From an uncultured Chloroflexia bacterium (GTDB lineage: Bacteria > Chloroflexota > Dehalococcoidia > UBA2979): 64,000 bases of DNA. Positions 39,758 through 50,833 of the stretch are shown here, piece after piece; positions within the stretch are counted from its first letter, which is position 1; every line of letters starts with the position of its first letter. Where the stretch lies: the NCBI GenBank assembly GCA_963728205.1, contig CAVSIV010000006.1, positions 1,728,001-1,792,000 of the forward strand. The letters are read 5' to 3'. A program made the position numbers and the translations under genes. Below the pieces are notes generated by a model. That model saw nothing but the letters and a program-made list of their open reading frames with translations. It made no database searches and was not told the origin of the DNA.

Positions 39758-40860
39758 CAGTCACTCCCGCACAGGGCCGGCCTGGCCGTCCGCAGGTTGG
39801 GGCAGCATCCGGGTGCGCACACCGACGGGCGGACGTCACCCGGCAGCCAGGTCTCGGGGACGACGACCTCGCCGCGGGCCTGGGCTGCCCGCTCGAGGAG
39901 GAGGTCGACCAGGCCGGAGACGAACTCCTCGTCGGTGTCGGGCGTGGCGGGTCGCAGGAACGGCAGGCCCACCCGCTGGGCCGTCGCGGCGGCCTCGGTG
40001 TCGAGGTCCTGGATGACCTCCATGTGGTCGGAGACGAAGCCGATGGGGATGACCACCACGGCACCGTCACCCTCCGTCGCGAGCTCCTCGATGCGGTCGT
40101 TGACGTCGGGCTCGAGCCACGGCTGGGAGGGAGGGCCGGACCGTGAGCAGAACACGAGCTCACCCGTCAGCCGGGTGCCCAGCTCGGCATTGACCTCGTC
40201 GGTGATCCGCCGGAGCAGGCGAAGGTGCTGGTCGACGTAGAGGTTTCCCTCACCGTCAGCCGGGCCGGAGGTGTCGTCCATGGCCAGCGGCACCGAGTGG
40301 GTGACGTAGAGCAGCCGGGCCGTCGACGGCTCGGCGAGGGTGCGGAGGGACTCGAGCACGGCACGGGTCCAGGTCCGCCCCACCGAGGGGTGCACGGCGT
40401 AAGGCCGCACCTTGTCGACGACGAGGCCGTCGGCGGCCGGTCCGACGTCGGCCACGGCGGCCGCGAGGTCCTCGCGGTACTGACGGCACGAGGAGTAGCA
40501 GGAGTAGGCGCTCGTGAGCAACGTCACGACGTTCCGGGCGCCGAGGTCGAGGGCTTCGTGCAGCGCGTCGGCGAAGAAGGGCTCGGAGTTGCGGTTGCCC
40601 CAGACCACCGGCACCTCGATGCCGCGGCGGTCCAGCTCGGCACGCAGGCGCCCGATGAGGTCACGGTTGAGGTCGTTGATGGGGCTTCGTCCCCCGCGGT
40701 CGAAGTAGTGCTCGCCGACGGCGACGAGGCGCTCCTCCGGGATGTCGCGCCCCGCCGTGACGCGGCGCAGGAAGGGCACGACCTCCTCCGGCGACTCGGG
40801 CCCTCCGAAGGAACCCAGCAGGACGACGTCGTAGGGCGCCAGGTCGGGGGTATGGGTCAT
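39757..40860 (-). CDS. hemH: ferrochelatase (actinobacterial coproporphyrin ferrochelatase type)
   Basis: SFGGPE, GGRSPIN, WGNRN, SYSSCRQY-like, THSVP, SRSGPPSQPWLEPD, PIGFVSDHMEV. Confidence 0.92.
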   Translation of the reverse strand: MTHTPDLAPYDVVLLGSFGGPESPEEVVPFLRRVTAGRDIPEERLVAVGEHYFDRGGRSPINDLNRDLIGRLRAELDRRGIEVPVVWGNRNSEPFFADALHEALDLGARNVVTLLTSAYSCYSSCRQYREDLAAAVADVGPAADGLVVDKVRPYAVHPSVGRTWTRAVLESLRTLAEPSTARLLYVTHSVPLAMDDTSGPADGEGNLYVDQHLRLLRRITDEVNAELGTRLTGELVFCSRSGPPSQPWLEPDVNDRIEELATEGDGAVVVIPIGFVSDHMEVIQDLDTEAAATAQRVGLPFLRPATPDTDEEFVSGLVDLLLERAAQARGEVVVPETWLPGDVRPSVCAPGCCPNLRTARPALCGSD

Positions 40861-40970
40861 GGTGCAACGGTAGCCGGGGGTTTCTCGGCGCCTCGGCGTG
40901 GGATCCCCGATGCGGGGGGTTCGGCGTGGCATCGTCGGGTCCTGACGACGAGCGACATCGGGAGCCCGAC

Positions 40971-42147
40971 ATGCAGGACCTTCGCCTCATCGGCGTCCAC
41001 GAGGACGGCCAACACCTCCTGCTCACGGATGCGCAGGGCGCTCGCTTCCGGGTGTCCCTCGATGACGCCCTCCGGGCAGCGGCCAGGCGTGACCGGCCAC
41101 GCCTCGGGCAGCTCCAGATCGAGATCGACGGCGGCCTTCGGCCTCGAGAGGTCCAGGCGCTCATCCGGCGGGGCCTCTCGACCGAGGAGGTGGCCGACCG
41201 GGCCGGATGGACGGTGGAGAAGGTCCGCCGGTTCGAGGGGCCGGTGCTCGCCGAGCGCGAGCACGTGGCTCGCAAGGCCCGCGAGTGCGCCGTCGGGAGC
41301 CGGGGCTCCGGTCCGGTGACGCTCGCCGAGCGCGTCACCGAGCGGCTGCGGGACCGCGGGGTCGATCGCGACGCGGCGGAGTGGGACTCCGCGCGCGACG
41401 AGGACGGGGTGTGGTCGCTGAGCATGACCTTCCCCGCGGGAGGTCGCCAGCGCACGGCCACGTGGCACTACGAGCCACTCGGGGGGTCCGTGAGCGCGAC
41501 CAACGACGAGGCTCGCTGGCTGAGCGAGGAGGCCGCGCCGACCCGGGCGATCCCTGCCCCGCACCGGGCCGAGTCCTCCGACGAGCTCGACGTCTACGAC
41601 CTCGCCGCGGACGGTGGCCTGGACCGCACGAACAGGGACCGGGCCCCGCACGAGCCCATCGACCTGATGGCCGCGATGCGCGAGCACAGCGCCCGCGGAC
41701 GTCGCGGCCGTCGGCGTGCCTCACCAGCCCACACCCCCGGTGAGGACCGCCCTCGCCACGACGCCCTGCCACTCGAGGACCTCACCGCCCCCACGACCGA
41801 GGCCGGGCCTCCGCCGGCGGCGCGTGGCCGCAACACCGTCTCCCACCATCTCGAGCTGTCCCACGACCCCGAGGACTCCCACGAGGCGGTGGGCGGCTGG
41901 CCGGAGGACGACGCCGCGGGCCTGCTCGAGGTCCGTGACGCCGCCGAGAACGGGCCCGCCGAGGCGTCGTGCCCGGTCAGCCCGGTGGGACGGGTCGAGC
42001 ACCGGGACGGCACCCTGGCGCCGGCTGGCCACGCCGACGAGAACGGCGGGCCCCCGAAGCAGTCGACCGGCGCGCGCAAGGGGCGGCCCAGCGTGCCCAG
42101 CTGGGACGACATCGTGCTTCGGCACCCGTGGGAGCGGGCCGGTCTGA
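40971..42147 (+). CDS. sepH: septation protein SepH (DUF3071), indel near 3' end
   Basis: MQDLRLIGVHEDG, LRPREVQALIRRG, VRRFEGPVLAERE, WDSARDEDGVW; C-terminal RPSVPSWDDI(V)FG. Confidence 0.85.
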
Positions 42148-42208
42148 CACGGACGGGTCCGTCGCGGGAGGTCGACGCCGGGCGGTCGGTCGTCGGTCGC
42201 GCGAGACG

Positions 42209-42886
42209 TCAGCGTGGGGGTGGCACCGGGCAGACGTCGAGGTCGAAGGGCAGGGTGTCCGGTGACAGCGCCGCGGCGCGGGCCGCGTGGGAGTTCATCC
42301 GTCGCATGTAGTGCCGTCGGCACAGCACCTCGTACTCGACGAGACCCTGCGTCGTGGCGGCGGTGTCCCCCACCACCACCTGCTCCCCCTCGACGACCAT
42401 GACGCCGCCGACGATGCGAGCGTTGTGGGTGGCCTTCCGGCCGCACCAGCACAGTGCCTCGACCTGGAGCAGCTGGACCCGGTCGGAGAGCTCGATGAGG
42501 CGTCTGGAGCCGGGAAAGAGCTCGGTCCGGAAGTCCGCCGTGATCCCGAAGGCGTGCACGTCGATGCCCATCTCGTCGACGACGCGGGCGAGCTGCTCGA
42601 CCTGGTTCGGGGTGTAGAACTGCGCCTCGTCGCAGATCAGGTAGTCCACGCGCCCCCCGGACGTGAGCCGCTCCACCACGACGTCCCAGAAGTCGAGGGT
42701 GTCGTCGACCTCGATGGCCGAGGTCGACAGACCGAGCCTCGAGGAGAGCACCGAGTCACCCATCCGGTCGAGCTTGGTGAAGATCAGCCCCTGTCGCCCA
42801 CGGACACTGTTGTTGTGGTCCATCTGGAGGGCAAGGGTGGACTTGCCGCAGTCCATCGTGCCCGAGAAGAAGACCAGTTCCGCCAC
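42209..42886 (-). CDS. tdk: thymidine kinase
   Basis: FSGTMDCGKST, ICDEAQF, GITADFRTELFPGS, CWCG, YEVLCRRHY. Confidence 0.93.
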   Translation of the reverse strand: MAELVFFSGTMDCGKSTLALQMDHNNSVRGRQGLIFTKLDRMGDSVLSSRLGLSTSAIEVDDTLDFWDVVVERLTSGGRVDYLICDEAQFYTPNQVEQLARVVDEMGIDVHAFGITADFRTELFPGSRRLIELSDRVQLLQVEALCWCGRKATHNARIVGGVMVVEGEQVVVGDTAATTQGLVEYEVLCRRHYMRRMNSHAARAAALSPDTLPFDLDVCPVPPPR

Positions 42887-42897
42887 GAGGGGACACC

Positions 42898-44097
42898 CTA
42901 GGCGACGGACGCGGCGGGCACGTGCACCAACGGGACCGACACCTCGTCGTCGCTCAGCGAGCCGTGCAGGCCGATGAGCGCGAGGAGCTCCGGGCGCGCG
43001 CGCCGCGAGTCGACGACCGCGTGCCGGCCCTGCATCGCGACCACGACGTCGCCGATCCGGGCCAGGTTGCCGGGAAGCACCGGACCGAACCACCCGGCGG
43101 CGACGGCTTCCGAGCGGGAGCGCACCAGCGCCGTGTCGCCGAGCACCTCGCGCCACGTGGCGAGGACGTCGGTCAGCGCACCCTGCTCGACGTAGAGCTG
43201 GGGCGCCCTCGCCTCCGCGGTCACGTGCCGGACCCCGGCCGCGAGCCGCGGGTCCTGGGCGACGTCGAGGCGCACGGCGTGCGGCACGTCGACCATGCCG
43301 TGGTCCGCCGTCACGCTGAGGGCACAGTCCGCTGGCAGTGCGGCCGCCAGACGGGCCAGCTCGCGGTCCACGGACTCCAGCTCCTCCCCCCACTGCCAGG
43401 AGTCACAGCCGTGGACGTGGCCCACCTTGTCCAGGTCGCCCCAGTACAGGTGCACGAGGGAACGAGGAGCCGCGCGGACCGCGCGGACCGTCGCGTCGAC
43501 CCGGTCGGCCAGCGTTGAGGCGGCCAGGAACCGTCCACCCCGCAGGGCGGCGTTGGTCAGCCCGGACCCGTCGAAGTAGCCGGGGCCGACCCGGGTGACC
43601 TCCACCCCGGCACGGGCCACGACCTCGAAGACGGTGTCGTGGGGCTGCCAGGTCCGCGGGTCCGGCCCGTCCTCCCAGGAGAGCTCGTTGAGCAGCCGGT
43701 CCGCGCCGGGCACGAGCACCTCGTAGCCGAGCAGGCCGTGCGCGCCGGCGGCCAGACCCGTGCCGAAGGTGCCCATGGACGTCGCCGTCGTCGACGGGAA
43801 CCCGCTGGAGAGCCGCACGGTCGTCCCGAGGTGCCGGCGCAGCCACGGAGCGTGGCCGGCGCGGCGCACGAGGAGGTCGTGGCCCAGTCCGTCGACGAGC
43901 ACCACCACCGCCCGCCGGGTCGGAGGCAGGTCGAACCCGTGGTGTGCGTGTGCTCGTCCCTGCTCCGACGACTCCGGGGGGAGCCAGGGCACGCCGAGGC
44001 TCACGGCGACGCTGGGCAGGACGTCGGCGAGGGCGGGCCCGGCCCCGACCGGCGGCCGGGCGGAGGGGTCGCCCGTGGAGGGCATCGGGTGGCTCAA
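42898..44097 (-). CDS. alkaline phosphatase / nucleotide pyrophosphatase superfamily protein
   Basis: VLVDGLG, FPSTTATS, DLDKVGHVHG, TADHGM, GLHGSLS. Confidence 0.88.
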   Translation of the reverse strand: MSHPMPSTGDPSARPPVGAGPALADVLPSVAVSLGVPWLPPESSEQGRAHAHHGFDLPPTRRAVVVLVDGLGHDLLVRRAGHAPWLRRHLGTTVRLSSGFPSTTATSMGTFGTGLAAGAHGLLGYEVLVPGADRLLNELSWEDGPDPRTWQPHDTVFEVVARAGVEVTRVGPGYFDGSGLTNAALRGGRFLAASTLADRVDATVRAVRAAPRSLVHLYWGDLDKVGHVHGCDSWQWGEELESVDRELARLAAALPADCALSVTADHGMVDVPHAVRLDVAQDPRLAAGVRHVTAEARAPQLYVEQGALTDVLATWREVLGDTALVRSRSEAVAAGWFGPVLPGNLARIGDVVVAMQGRHAVVDSRRARPELLALIGLHGSLSDDEVSVPLVHVPAASVA

Positions 44098-44705
44098 CCC
44101 TGCCCGATGGCAGCGGAGAGGTCCCTCGCGAACGTGAGCGCGTGGGAGAGCGCGTCTGAGCCGTCGGCCGTGGCCGAGATGCGCAGCGCGATGTCGTCAC
44201 CGGTGATCGTGCCCTCGTAGCCGTGGTCACCCTCGCACTCCGGGTCCGAGCAGGACGCCGGCACGAGGTCGAGTCGCGCGACCGTCCCCCACCCGAGGGT
44301 GAGCGTGATCTCGCGTCCGAGGCTGCCGGGGACGTAGTCCTGGGGGTTCTCGACGACGTGGGTGAGCATGACCCCCCGCACGGCCGAGAGCGGGATCGAC
44401 TCGGTCGTGGCCGTCGCGACGTCCTGTGGCGCGGGCGGGTCGTCGGCGTGGTCGTCGGCGTGGCCGATGAGCAGCCTGCTCCGGGTGAGCACGAGCACGG
44501 TGATGTGCCGGCGCACCACGTCACGGTCGAACGTCGTCTCCAGGTGCACGAGGTGGTTCTCGATCGGCTCCCCGACGAGGGCGGCGGCGACGACGTCGGC
44601 CACCAACGCCGGGTAGTAGCCGGCCCGGTCGATCGCGGACATCAGGCCAGCGGGGAGGACGGGGGCGCTGCTGTGCGCCCCGCTGCTCGGAGATCCAGTG
44701 GTCAT
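44094..44705 (-). CDS. DUF5998 family protein
   Basis: IDRAGYYPALV, HLETTFDRDVVRRHITVL, CSDPECEGDHGYEG; usual actinobacterial neighbour of the phosphatase. Confidence 0.8.
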   Translation of the reverse strand: MTTGSPSSGAHSSAPVLPAGLMSAIDRAGYYPALVADVVAAALVGEPIENHLVHLETTFDRDVVRRHITVLVLTRSRLLIGHADDHADDPPAPQDVATATTESIPLSAVRGVMLTHVVENPQDYVPGSLGREITLTLGWGTVARLDLVPASCSDPECEGDHGYEGTITGDDIALRISATADGSDALSHALTFARDLSAAIGQG

Positions 44706-44750
44706 GCGCCCATTGTGCCCGCCCTCGCGGACGGCACGACCCGGCCCGGC

Positions 44751-47465
44751 TCAGGTCAGGGAGCGCCGACCGGGATCCGTCCGTCTCGGGGCCGGGGCGA
44801 CGACGATCTCGGCGTCGAGCACGTCGACTCCGCCCGCCCACGCGTTGACGGGGTTGAGGTGGACGCGCTCCACCTCGGGCAGGTGGTCGGCGAGGGAGGA
44901 GAGGCGGGCGACGAGGTCGGCGAGGGCCGCGCGGTGCACCGGGACGGCCCCCCGGTGGCCGTTCAGCAGCGGGGCCGCCCGCACCGACGAGATGAGGTCG
45001 GCGACGTCGACGTCGGTGAGCGGCGGGATGCGATGGGCGATGTCACCGAGCAGGTCGGTGGGCGGCCCGGCCAGCGAGAAGCTGACGACCGGGCCGAAGA
45101 GCGGGTCCTCCTGGGTGGTGAGGACGCAGATGACGCCGGGCAGGGCCATCGCCTGCACGAGGAGGTCGCCGCTGGCGAGGGCCCCGAGCCGCAGGCGCAG
45201 CGACTCGACGGCGGCCCGCACGGCCTCGGGCCCCTCGAGGTCGACCGCACCCCGGTCGCGTTGGGCTGGTGACGCAGCACCGGCGAGAGGGTCTTGACGA
45301 TGACGGGATAGCCGAGCTCGTCGGCGGCGGCGACCGCCTCGTCGGCCGTCGTGGCCCGTCTCGATGCCCAGAGCTTGATGCCGTACGCGTCGAGCAGCGC
45401 GGTGGCCTCCTCGCGGGTCAGCGCCCGCCCGTCAGGGGCCTCGGCGAGGACCTCGGCGACGACCCGCTGCGCGCGGTCGGGGTCGGTGCCGGCCGGCTCG
45501 ACGACATGCCCGCGGTCGCGGCTGCGCCACTGGGCGTACCGGGTGGCCGCCGCGAGGGCGCGGATGGCGTCCTCGGGCATGCCGTAGGCCGGGACGACCC
45601 TGCGGCGGTTGGTGTCGGCGCCGGCCCGGCCGTCACCTCGGTCGCCGTCCGGTCCGCTTGCCGGCGCGTCGTGGGGCGCGCTGTGCGTCGCCTCGAGCTT
45701 CTCGCTCACCCCGCTCATGCCGAGGAAGGTGGCCAGACAGGGCTTGTCGGACCCGGCGGCGGCGTCACGCACGGCGGCGATGACCTCGTCGTCGACGGTC
45801 TCGAGCGGCGGGATGAAGCAGGTGAGGACGCTGTCGACCTCGGGGTCGGCGAAGGCCGCACCGAGCGCGGCGGCGAACTCCTCCGCGCGGGCCGCGGCCG
45901 GGAGCGACACCGGGCCGTGGGTGACCTCGAGTCCCCAGCTGAGGGCCGACTGGGCCGAGAGCGAGCCGAGGGCGTCCGAGTTGCCGACGATGCCGACCCG
46001 CTGGCCCCGAGGCAGCGGCTGGTGCAGGAGGAGCTGGGCGACGTCGAAGAGCTGGTGGACGTTCTCGGTGCGGATGACTCCCGCCTGCCGGAGCATGGCG
46101 TCGAAGGCCTCGGGCGGCACCTTGGTGGCCCGGGTGCGGTGGCCCGGCGGGGCGCTGAAGGCCGAGACGCCCGACGAGACGACGATGACCGGCTTGGCCA
46201 GGGCCAGCTTGCGGGCGATGCGGGAGAACTTGCGCGGGTTGCCCATCGACTCGAGGTAGAGGCCGACCACGTCGGTGTCGGCGTCGTCGATCCAGTACTG
46301 CATGAGGTCGTTGCCCGAGACGTCGACGCGGTTGCCGGCCGAGGCGAAGACCGAGACACCGAGGCCGCGGCGGGCGGCGGACCCGAGGACGGCGATCCCG
46401 AGGGCGCCGCACTGGGCGAACAGCCCGAACGTGCCGCGACGAGGGACCTCGGTCGCGAGTGACGCGTTGAGGCGCACGTCGGGGTGGGTGTTGATGACGC
46501 CGAAGGAGTTCGGCCCGACGACCCGCAGCCCGCTGGCACGGGCACGGCGCCGCAGCGCCTCCTGCCGGACCACCCCCTCCTCGCCGCTCTCGGCGAAGCC
46601 TGCGGCCGCCACGAGGAGGGTGCGCACGCCCTTGCGGGCGCAGTCGTCGACGACGTCGAGGACCTTGTCGGCCGGGACGACGACCACGGCGAGGTCGACC
46701 GGGCCCGGCACGTCGGCGACCGTGGGGTAGGCCTTGACAGCGAGGACTCGTCGCCTCGGGTGGACGGCGTAGACGGGCCGGTGAAGCCGCCGTCGACGAT
46801 TCGGCGAGGAAGCGGTGGCCGAACGCGGCCTACGTCGGCTGGCGCCGATGACGGCGATCGAGCGGGGGAGGAGAGGGAGTGCACGCTCAGGGACTCGGCC
46901 CGGTGCTCGCGGGAATCGCACGAGGGTGAGCTGGTCGGTGGGGCGGATGTCGAAGGAGAGCTCGATGACCCCGTCCTCGACGTGCGTCACGTCGTAGCCC
47001 GCGTCCGAGAAGACGGCGAGCATCTTGCGGTTCTGCGGGAGCACCTCGGCGATGAACCGGGCGATGCCGAACTCCTGGGCGATGGCGGCCAGGTGCTCCA
47101 GGAGGACCGAGCCGATGCCCTTGCCCTGGTAGTGGTCACTGATGTTGAACGCGACCTCGGCGGAGCGAGCGTCGATGCGGTCGAAGCGCCCGATCCCGAT
47201 GAGCTCCTCCCGCATCGTGACCACGAGGGCGACCCGGTCGACGTGGTCGACGTTCGTGAAGCGGAAGACGTCGGAGTCGCTGAGCATCCGCAGGGGCGCG
47301 AAGAAGCGGAGGTAGATCGACTCGTCGGACTGCGCCGCGTGAAAACGTCGGAGGGCCTCGTCGTCGTCGGGGCGGATCGGGCGCAGGTGGGCCACGTGCC
47401 GTCGCGCAGCACGACGTCAGCCTCCCACTCGGCGGGGTAGCCTCGGCGGGCGCCGCGTCGTCCAT
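44751..47465 (-). CDS. GNAT N-acetyltransferase / NDP-forming acyl-CoA ligase-like protein (Pat-type), frameshifts
   Basis: YPAEWEADVVLRDG, LRPIRPDD, AEVAFNISDHYQGKGIGS; CoA-binding AVIGAS, GPNSFG, SAGNRVDVSGND, LYLESMGNPRKF; ATP-grasp-like C-terminus DPLFGPVV. Confidence 0.88.
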
Positions 47466-47517
47466 GGACCCATCGTGCCACCCCGGGCACCGGCCGTCGT
47501 GGGGCAGACTGCGGCCC

Positions 47518-48156
47518 ATGGAGTTCCGCGAGGTGGTCCGACGTCGACGCATGGTCCGCCGATTCGACCCGGACCCCCGGTCGAGCCCGCGGTCCTCCGG
47601 GACCTGGTCTCGCTCGCCGTCCGCGCTCCCAGCGCCGGGTTCAGCCAGGGCTGGGACTTCGTCGCTGCTCGGAGGACCCCGCCGGACCGTGCCGCCTTCT
47701 GGGGCGCCACCCGCGGACCGGGGCGGCCTGGGCTCCGGACGACTGGTGGACCGGCGTGTCGGCGGCCCCGGTGCTGCATCGTGTGCCTGTCCGACCCCGG
47801 GGCCTACCTCGACCGCTACGCCGAGCCGGACAAGGGGTGGCAGGACCGCAGCGTCGAGCGCTGGCCCGTGCCGTACTGGGACACGGACACCGCCATGGCG
47901 GCCATGATCATGCTCCTCGGCGCGCAGGACCAGGGTCTGGGGGCACTGTTCTTCGGCGTGCCGGCCGAGCGCCACGACGACGTCCGGAGGCCCTCGGCAT
48001 CCCGGCGGGCGCCGGATCGTCGGCGTCGTGGCGCTCGGCCACGAGGCCGAACGCGTGTCCGGCTCCGCCCGGACCCGGCGCCGCCGCGGCGCTCGACGAC
48101 GTGCTGCACGTCGGGAGGTTCGGCGCGTCGGATCGGCGCACCGCGGCCGGTGCATG
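47518..48156 (+). CDS. nitroreductase family protein, frameshifts
   Basis: MEFREVVRRRRMVRRF, RAPSAGFSQGWDF, YLDRYAEPDKG, WPVPYWDTDTAMAAM. Confidence 0.85.
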
Positions 48157-48223
48157 AGGATGGGAGCAACCCCTGCCGCCGCACCGCGGCGCTGAGACCG
48201 ATCCGGAGCCGAGCCCCACCCCC

Positions 48224-50671
48224 ATGGCCAAGCGCACGAGCACCCCGCCACCCGAGGACACCGACGAGCGCATCGTCGACATCGACGTCGAGGAGGAGAT
48301 GCGCAGCGCCTTCCTCGAGTACTCCTACAGCGTCATCTACTCCCGCGCACTGCCCGACGCCCGGGACGGCCTGAAGCCGGTACAGCGACGGATCCTCTAC
48401 GGCATGAGCGAGCTCGGGCTACGGCCCGACCGGCCCCACGTCAAGTCCAGCCGCGTCGTGGGCGAGGTCATGGGCAAGTACCACCCGCACGGCGACCAGG
48501 CGATCTACGACACCCTCGTGCGGATGGCCCAGTCGTTCACGATGCGGCTCCCGCTCGTGGACGGCCACGGCAACTTCGGCTCCCTGGACGACGGCCCCGC
48601 GGCCTCGCGCTACACCGAGGCCCGGATGGCGCCCGCCGCGCTGCTCATGGTCGCCGGGCTCGACGAGGACACCGTCGACTTCGTCCCCAACTACGACGAC
48701 TCCCTCACCCAACCCGGTGTGCTGCCGGCGGCCTATCCCCAACCTCCTGGTCAACGGCGCGAGCGGGATCGCCGTGGGGATGGCCACGAACATGGCGCCG
48801 CACAACCTCGTCGAGGTGATCGGCGCCGCGCGCCACCTCATCGACCACCCGGACTGCTCGCTGGACGACCTCATGCGCTTCGTGCCCGGGGCCGGACCTG
48901 CCCGGCGGCGGCCGGATCGTCGGGCTCGACGGCGTCCGGGACGCCTACCTCACCGGTCGCGGCACGTTCCGGACGCGGGCGAGCGCACGGGTCGAGAAGC
49001 TCACCCCGCGCCGGATGGGCATCGTCATCACCGAGATGCCCTACCTCATCGGCCCCGAGAAGGTCATCGAGCGCGTGAAGACCCTCGTCCAGGGCAAGAA
49101 GCTGCAGGGCATCAGCGACGTCAAGGACCTCACCGACCGCAAGCACGGCATGCGGCTGGTGTTCGAGATCAAGAACGGCTTCAACCCCGACGCCGTCCTC
49201 GAGCAGCTCTACAAGCTGACCCCCCTCGAGGACTCGTTCGGCATCAACAACGTCGCCCTCGTCGACGGCCAGCCACGCACCCTGGGCCTGAAGGAGCTGC
49301 TGCGCACCTACGTCGACTTCCGCATCGACGTCGTCCGCCGCCGCACGGAGTTCCGCCTGGCCAGGCGGCGCGACCGGCTGCACCTCGTCGAGGGCCTCCT
49401 CATCGCGATCCTCGACATCGACGAGGTCATCCAGCTGATCCGGTCCTCCGACGACACGGCCGAGGCCAGGGCACGCCTCATCTCGGTGTTCGACCTGTCC
49501 ACGCTCCAGGCCGACTACATCCTCGAGCTGCAGCTGCGCCGCCTCACCAGGTTCTCCCGCATCGAGCTCGAGTCCGAGCGCGAGGAGCTCCAGCGCCAGA
49601 TCGAGCAGCTGCGAGGCCATCCTCGGCGACGAGCGGCTCCTGCGCCGCACCGTGTCCGACGAGCTCGCCGACGTCGCGAAGGCCCACGGGACCCCGCGCC
49701 GCACGGTCCTGCTGGAGTCGGCCGGCGCGGCGGCCACCTCGGCCACGCCCCTGGAGGTGAGTGACGACCCGTGCTGGGTGCTGCTCTCCTCGACCGGCCT
49801 GCTGGCCCGCACGTCCAGTGGCGACCCCGTGCCGAGCGAGGGCGAACCGCGCTCGCCACGACGCCATCGTCGGTGCCGTGCGCACCACGGCGCGAGGCGA
49901 GTTCGGGCTGCTGACCTCTCGCGGTCGGATGATCCGGATGTCGGCCCTCGAGCTCCCGGCGCTTCCGCCGCTGGGAGGCGCGCCCAGCCTGTCCGGCGGG
50001 GCGCCCCTGGCCGTCTACGTCGACCTCCCGGCCGGTGAGGAGCCCGTGACGATCGCCCCGCTCGATCCCGACGGGGCGGGCCTCGCCCTGGGCACCGCGC
50101 ACGGTGTCGTCAAGCGGGTCGTCCCCGACCACCCCGCGCGCTCGGACTGGGAGGTCGTCGTCGCTCAAGGACGGCGACCGCGTCGTCGGCGCCGCGAGCC
50201 TGCGCGACGGCTCGGAAGACCTCGTGTTCGTGACCTCGGACGCCCAGCTGCTCCGGTTCCCGGCCTCCGCCGTGCGGCCGCAGGGTCGCGCGGCCGGCGG
50301 CATGGCCGGCATCCGGCTCTCCCCCGGCGCCACCGCCATGTTCTTCGGCGCCCTCGAACCCGGCGACGACGCCCTGGTGGTCACCTCCAGCGGGTCCTCC
50401 GCCGCGCTGCCCGGGACCGAGCCGGGCTCGCTCAAGGTCACGCCGTTCGCCGACTACCCCGCCAAGGGCCGTGGCACCGGCGGGGTTCGCGCCCACCGAT
50501 TCCTGCGGGGCGAGGACGCCCTCGTGCTGGCCTGGGTCGGGCGGGCACCGGTGCGCGCCTCCGGCCCCGGTGGGGTCGCGGTGGAGCTTCCCGGAGGCGA
50601 CCGGCAAGCGCGACGGCTCGGGAACGGCGTACCCGGTGGTCATCACCGGCCTGTCCTCGCCCGTGTCCTGA
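48224..50671 (+). CDS. parC: type IIA topoisomerase subunit A (actinobacterial Topo IV ParC / GyrA paralog), frameshifts
   Basis: [44 protein letters not shown] (catalytic Tyr), [16 protein letters not shown]; short degenerate C-terminal repeats. Confidence 0.88.
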
Positions 50672-50747
50672 GGACGCCCGACAGCGCTGGAGCCAGGCGT
50701 GTTACTCAATCGTTACGGCCAACCTTCGCCATGTCGTTGCGCCGATG

Positions 50748-50763
50748 CGTAAACGCTTTTACG
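50748..50763. promoter_or_regulatory. candidate LacI-family operator
   Basis: Imperfect palindrome cgtaaa-cgct-tttacg upstream of the sugar ABC operon, which ends in a LacI gene. Confidence 0.55.
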
Positions 50764-50833
50764 TTTGGACACGGTTCCCTCATCGCCGAGGCCACATCCC
50801 GTCTCGGCGCGACCAGTGAAATGGAGGCGGGCA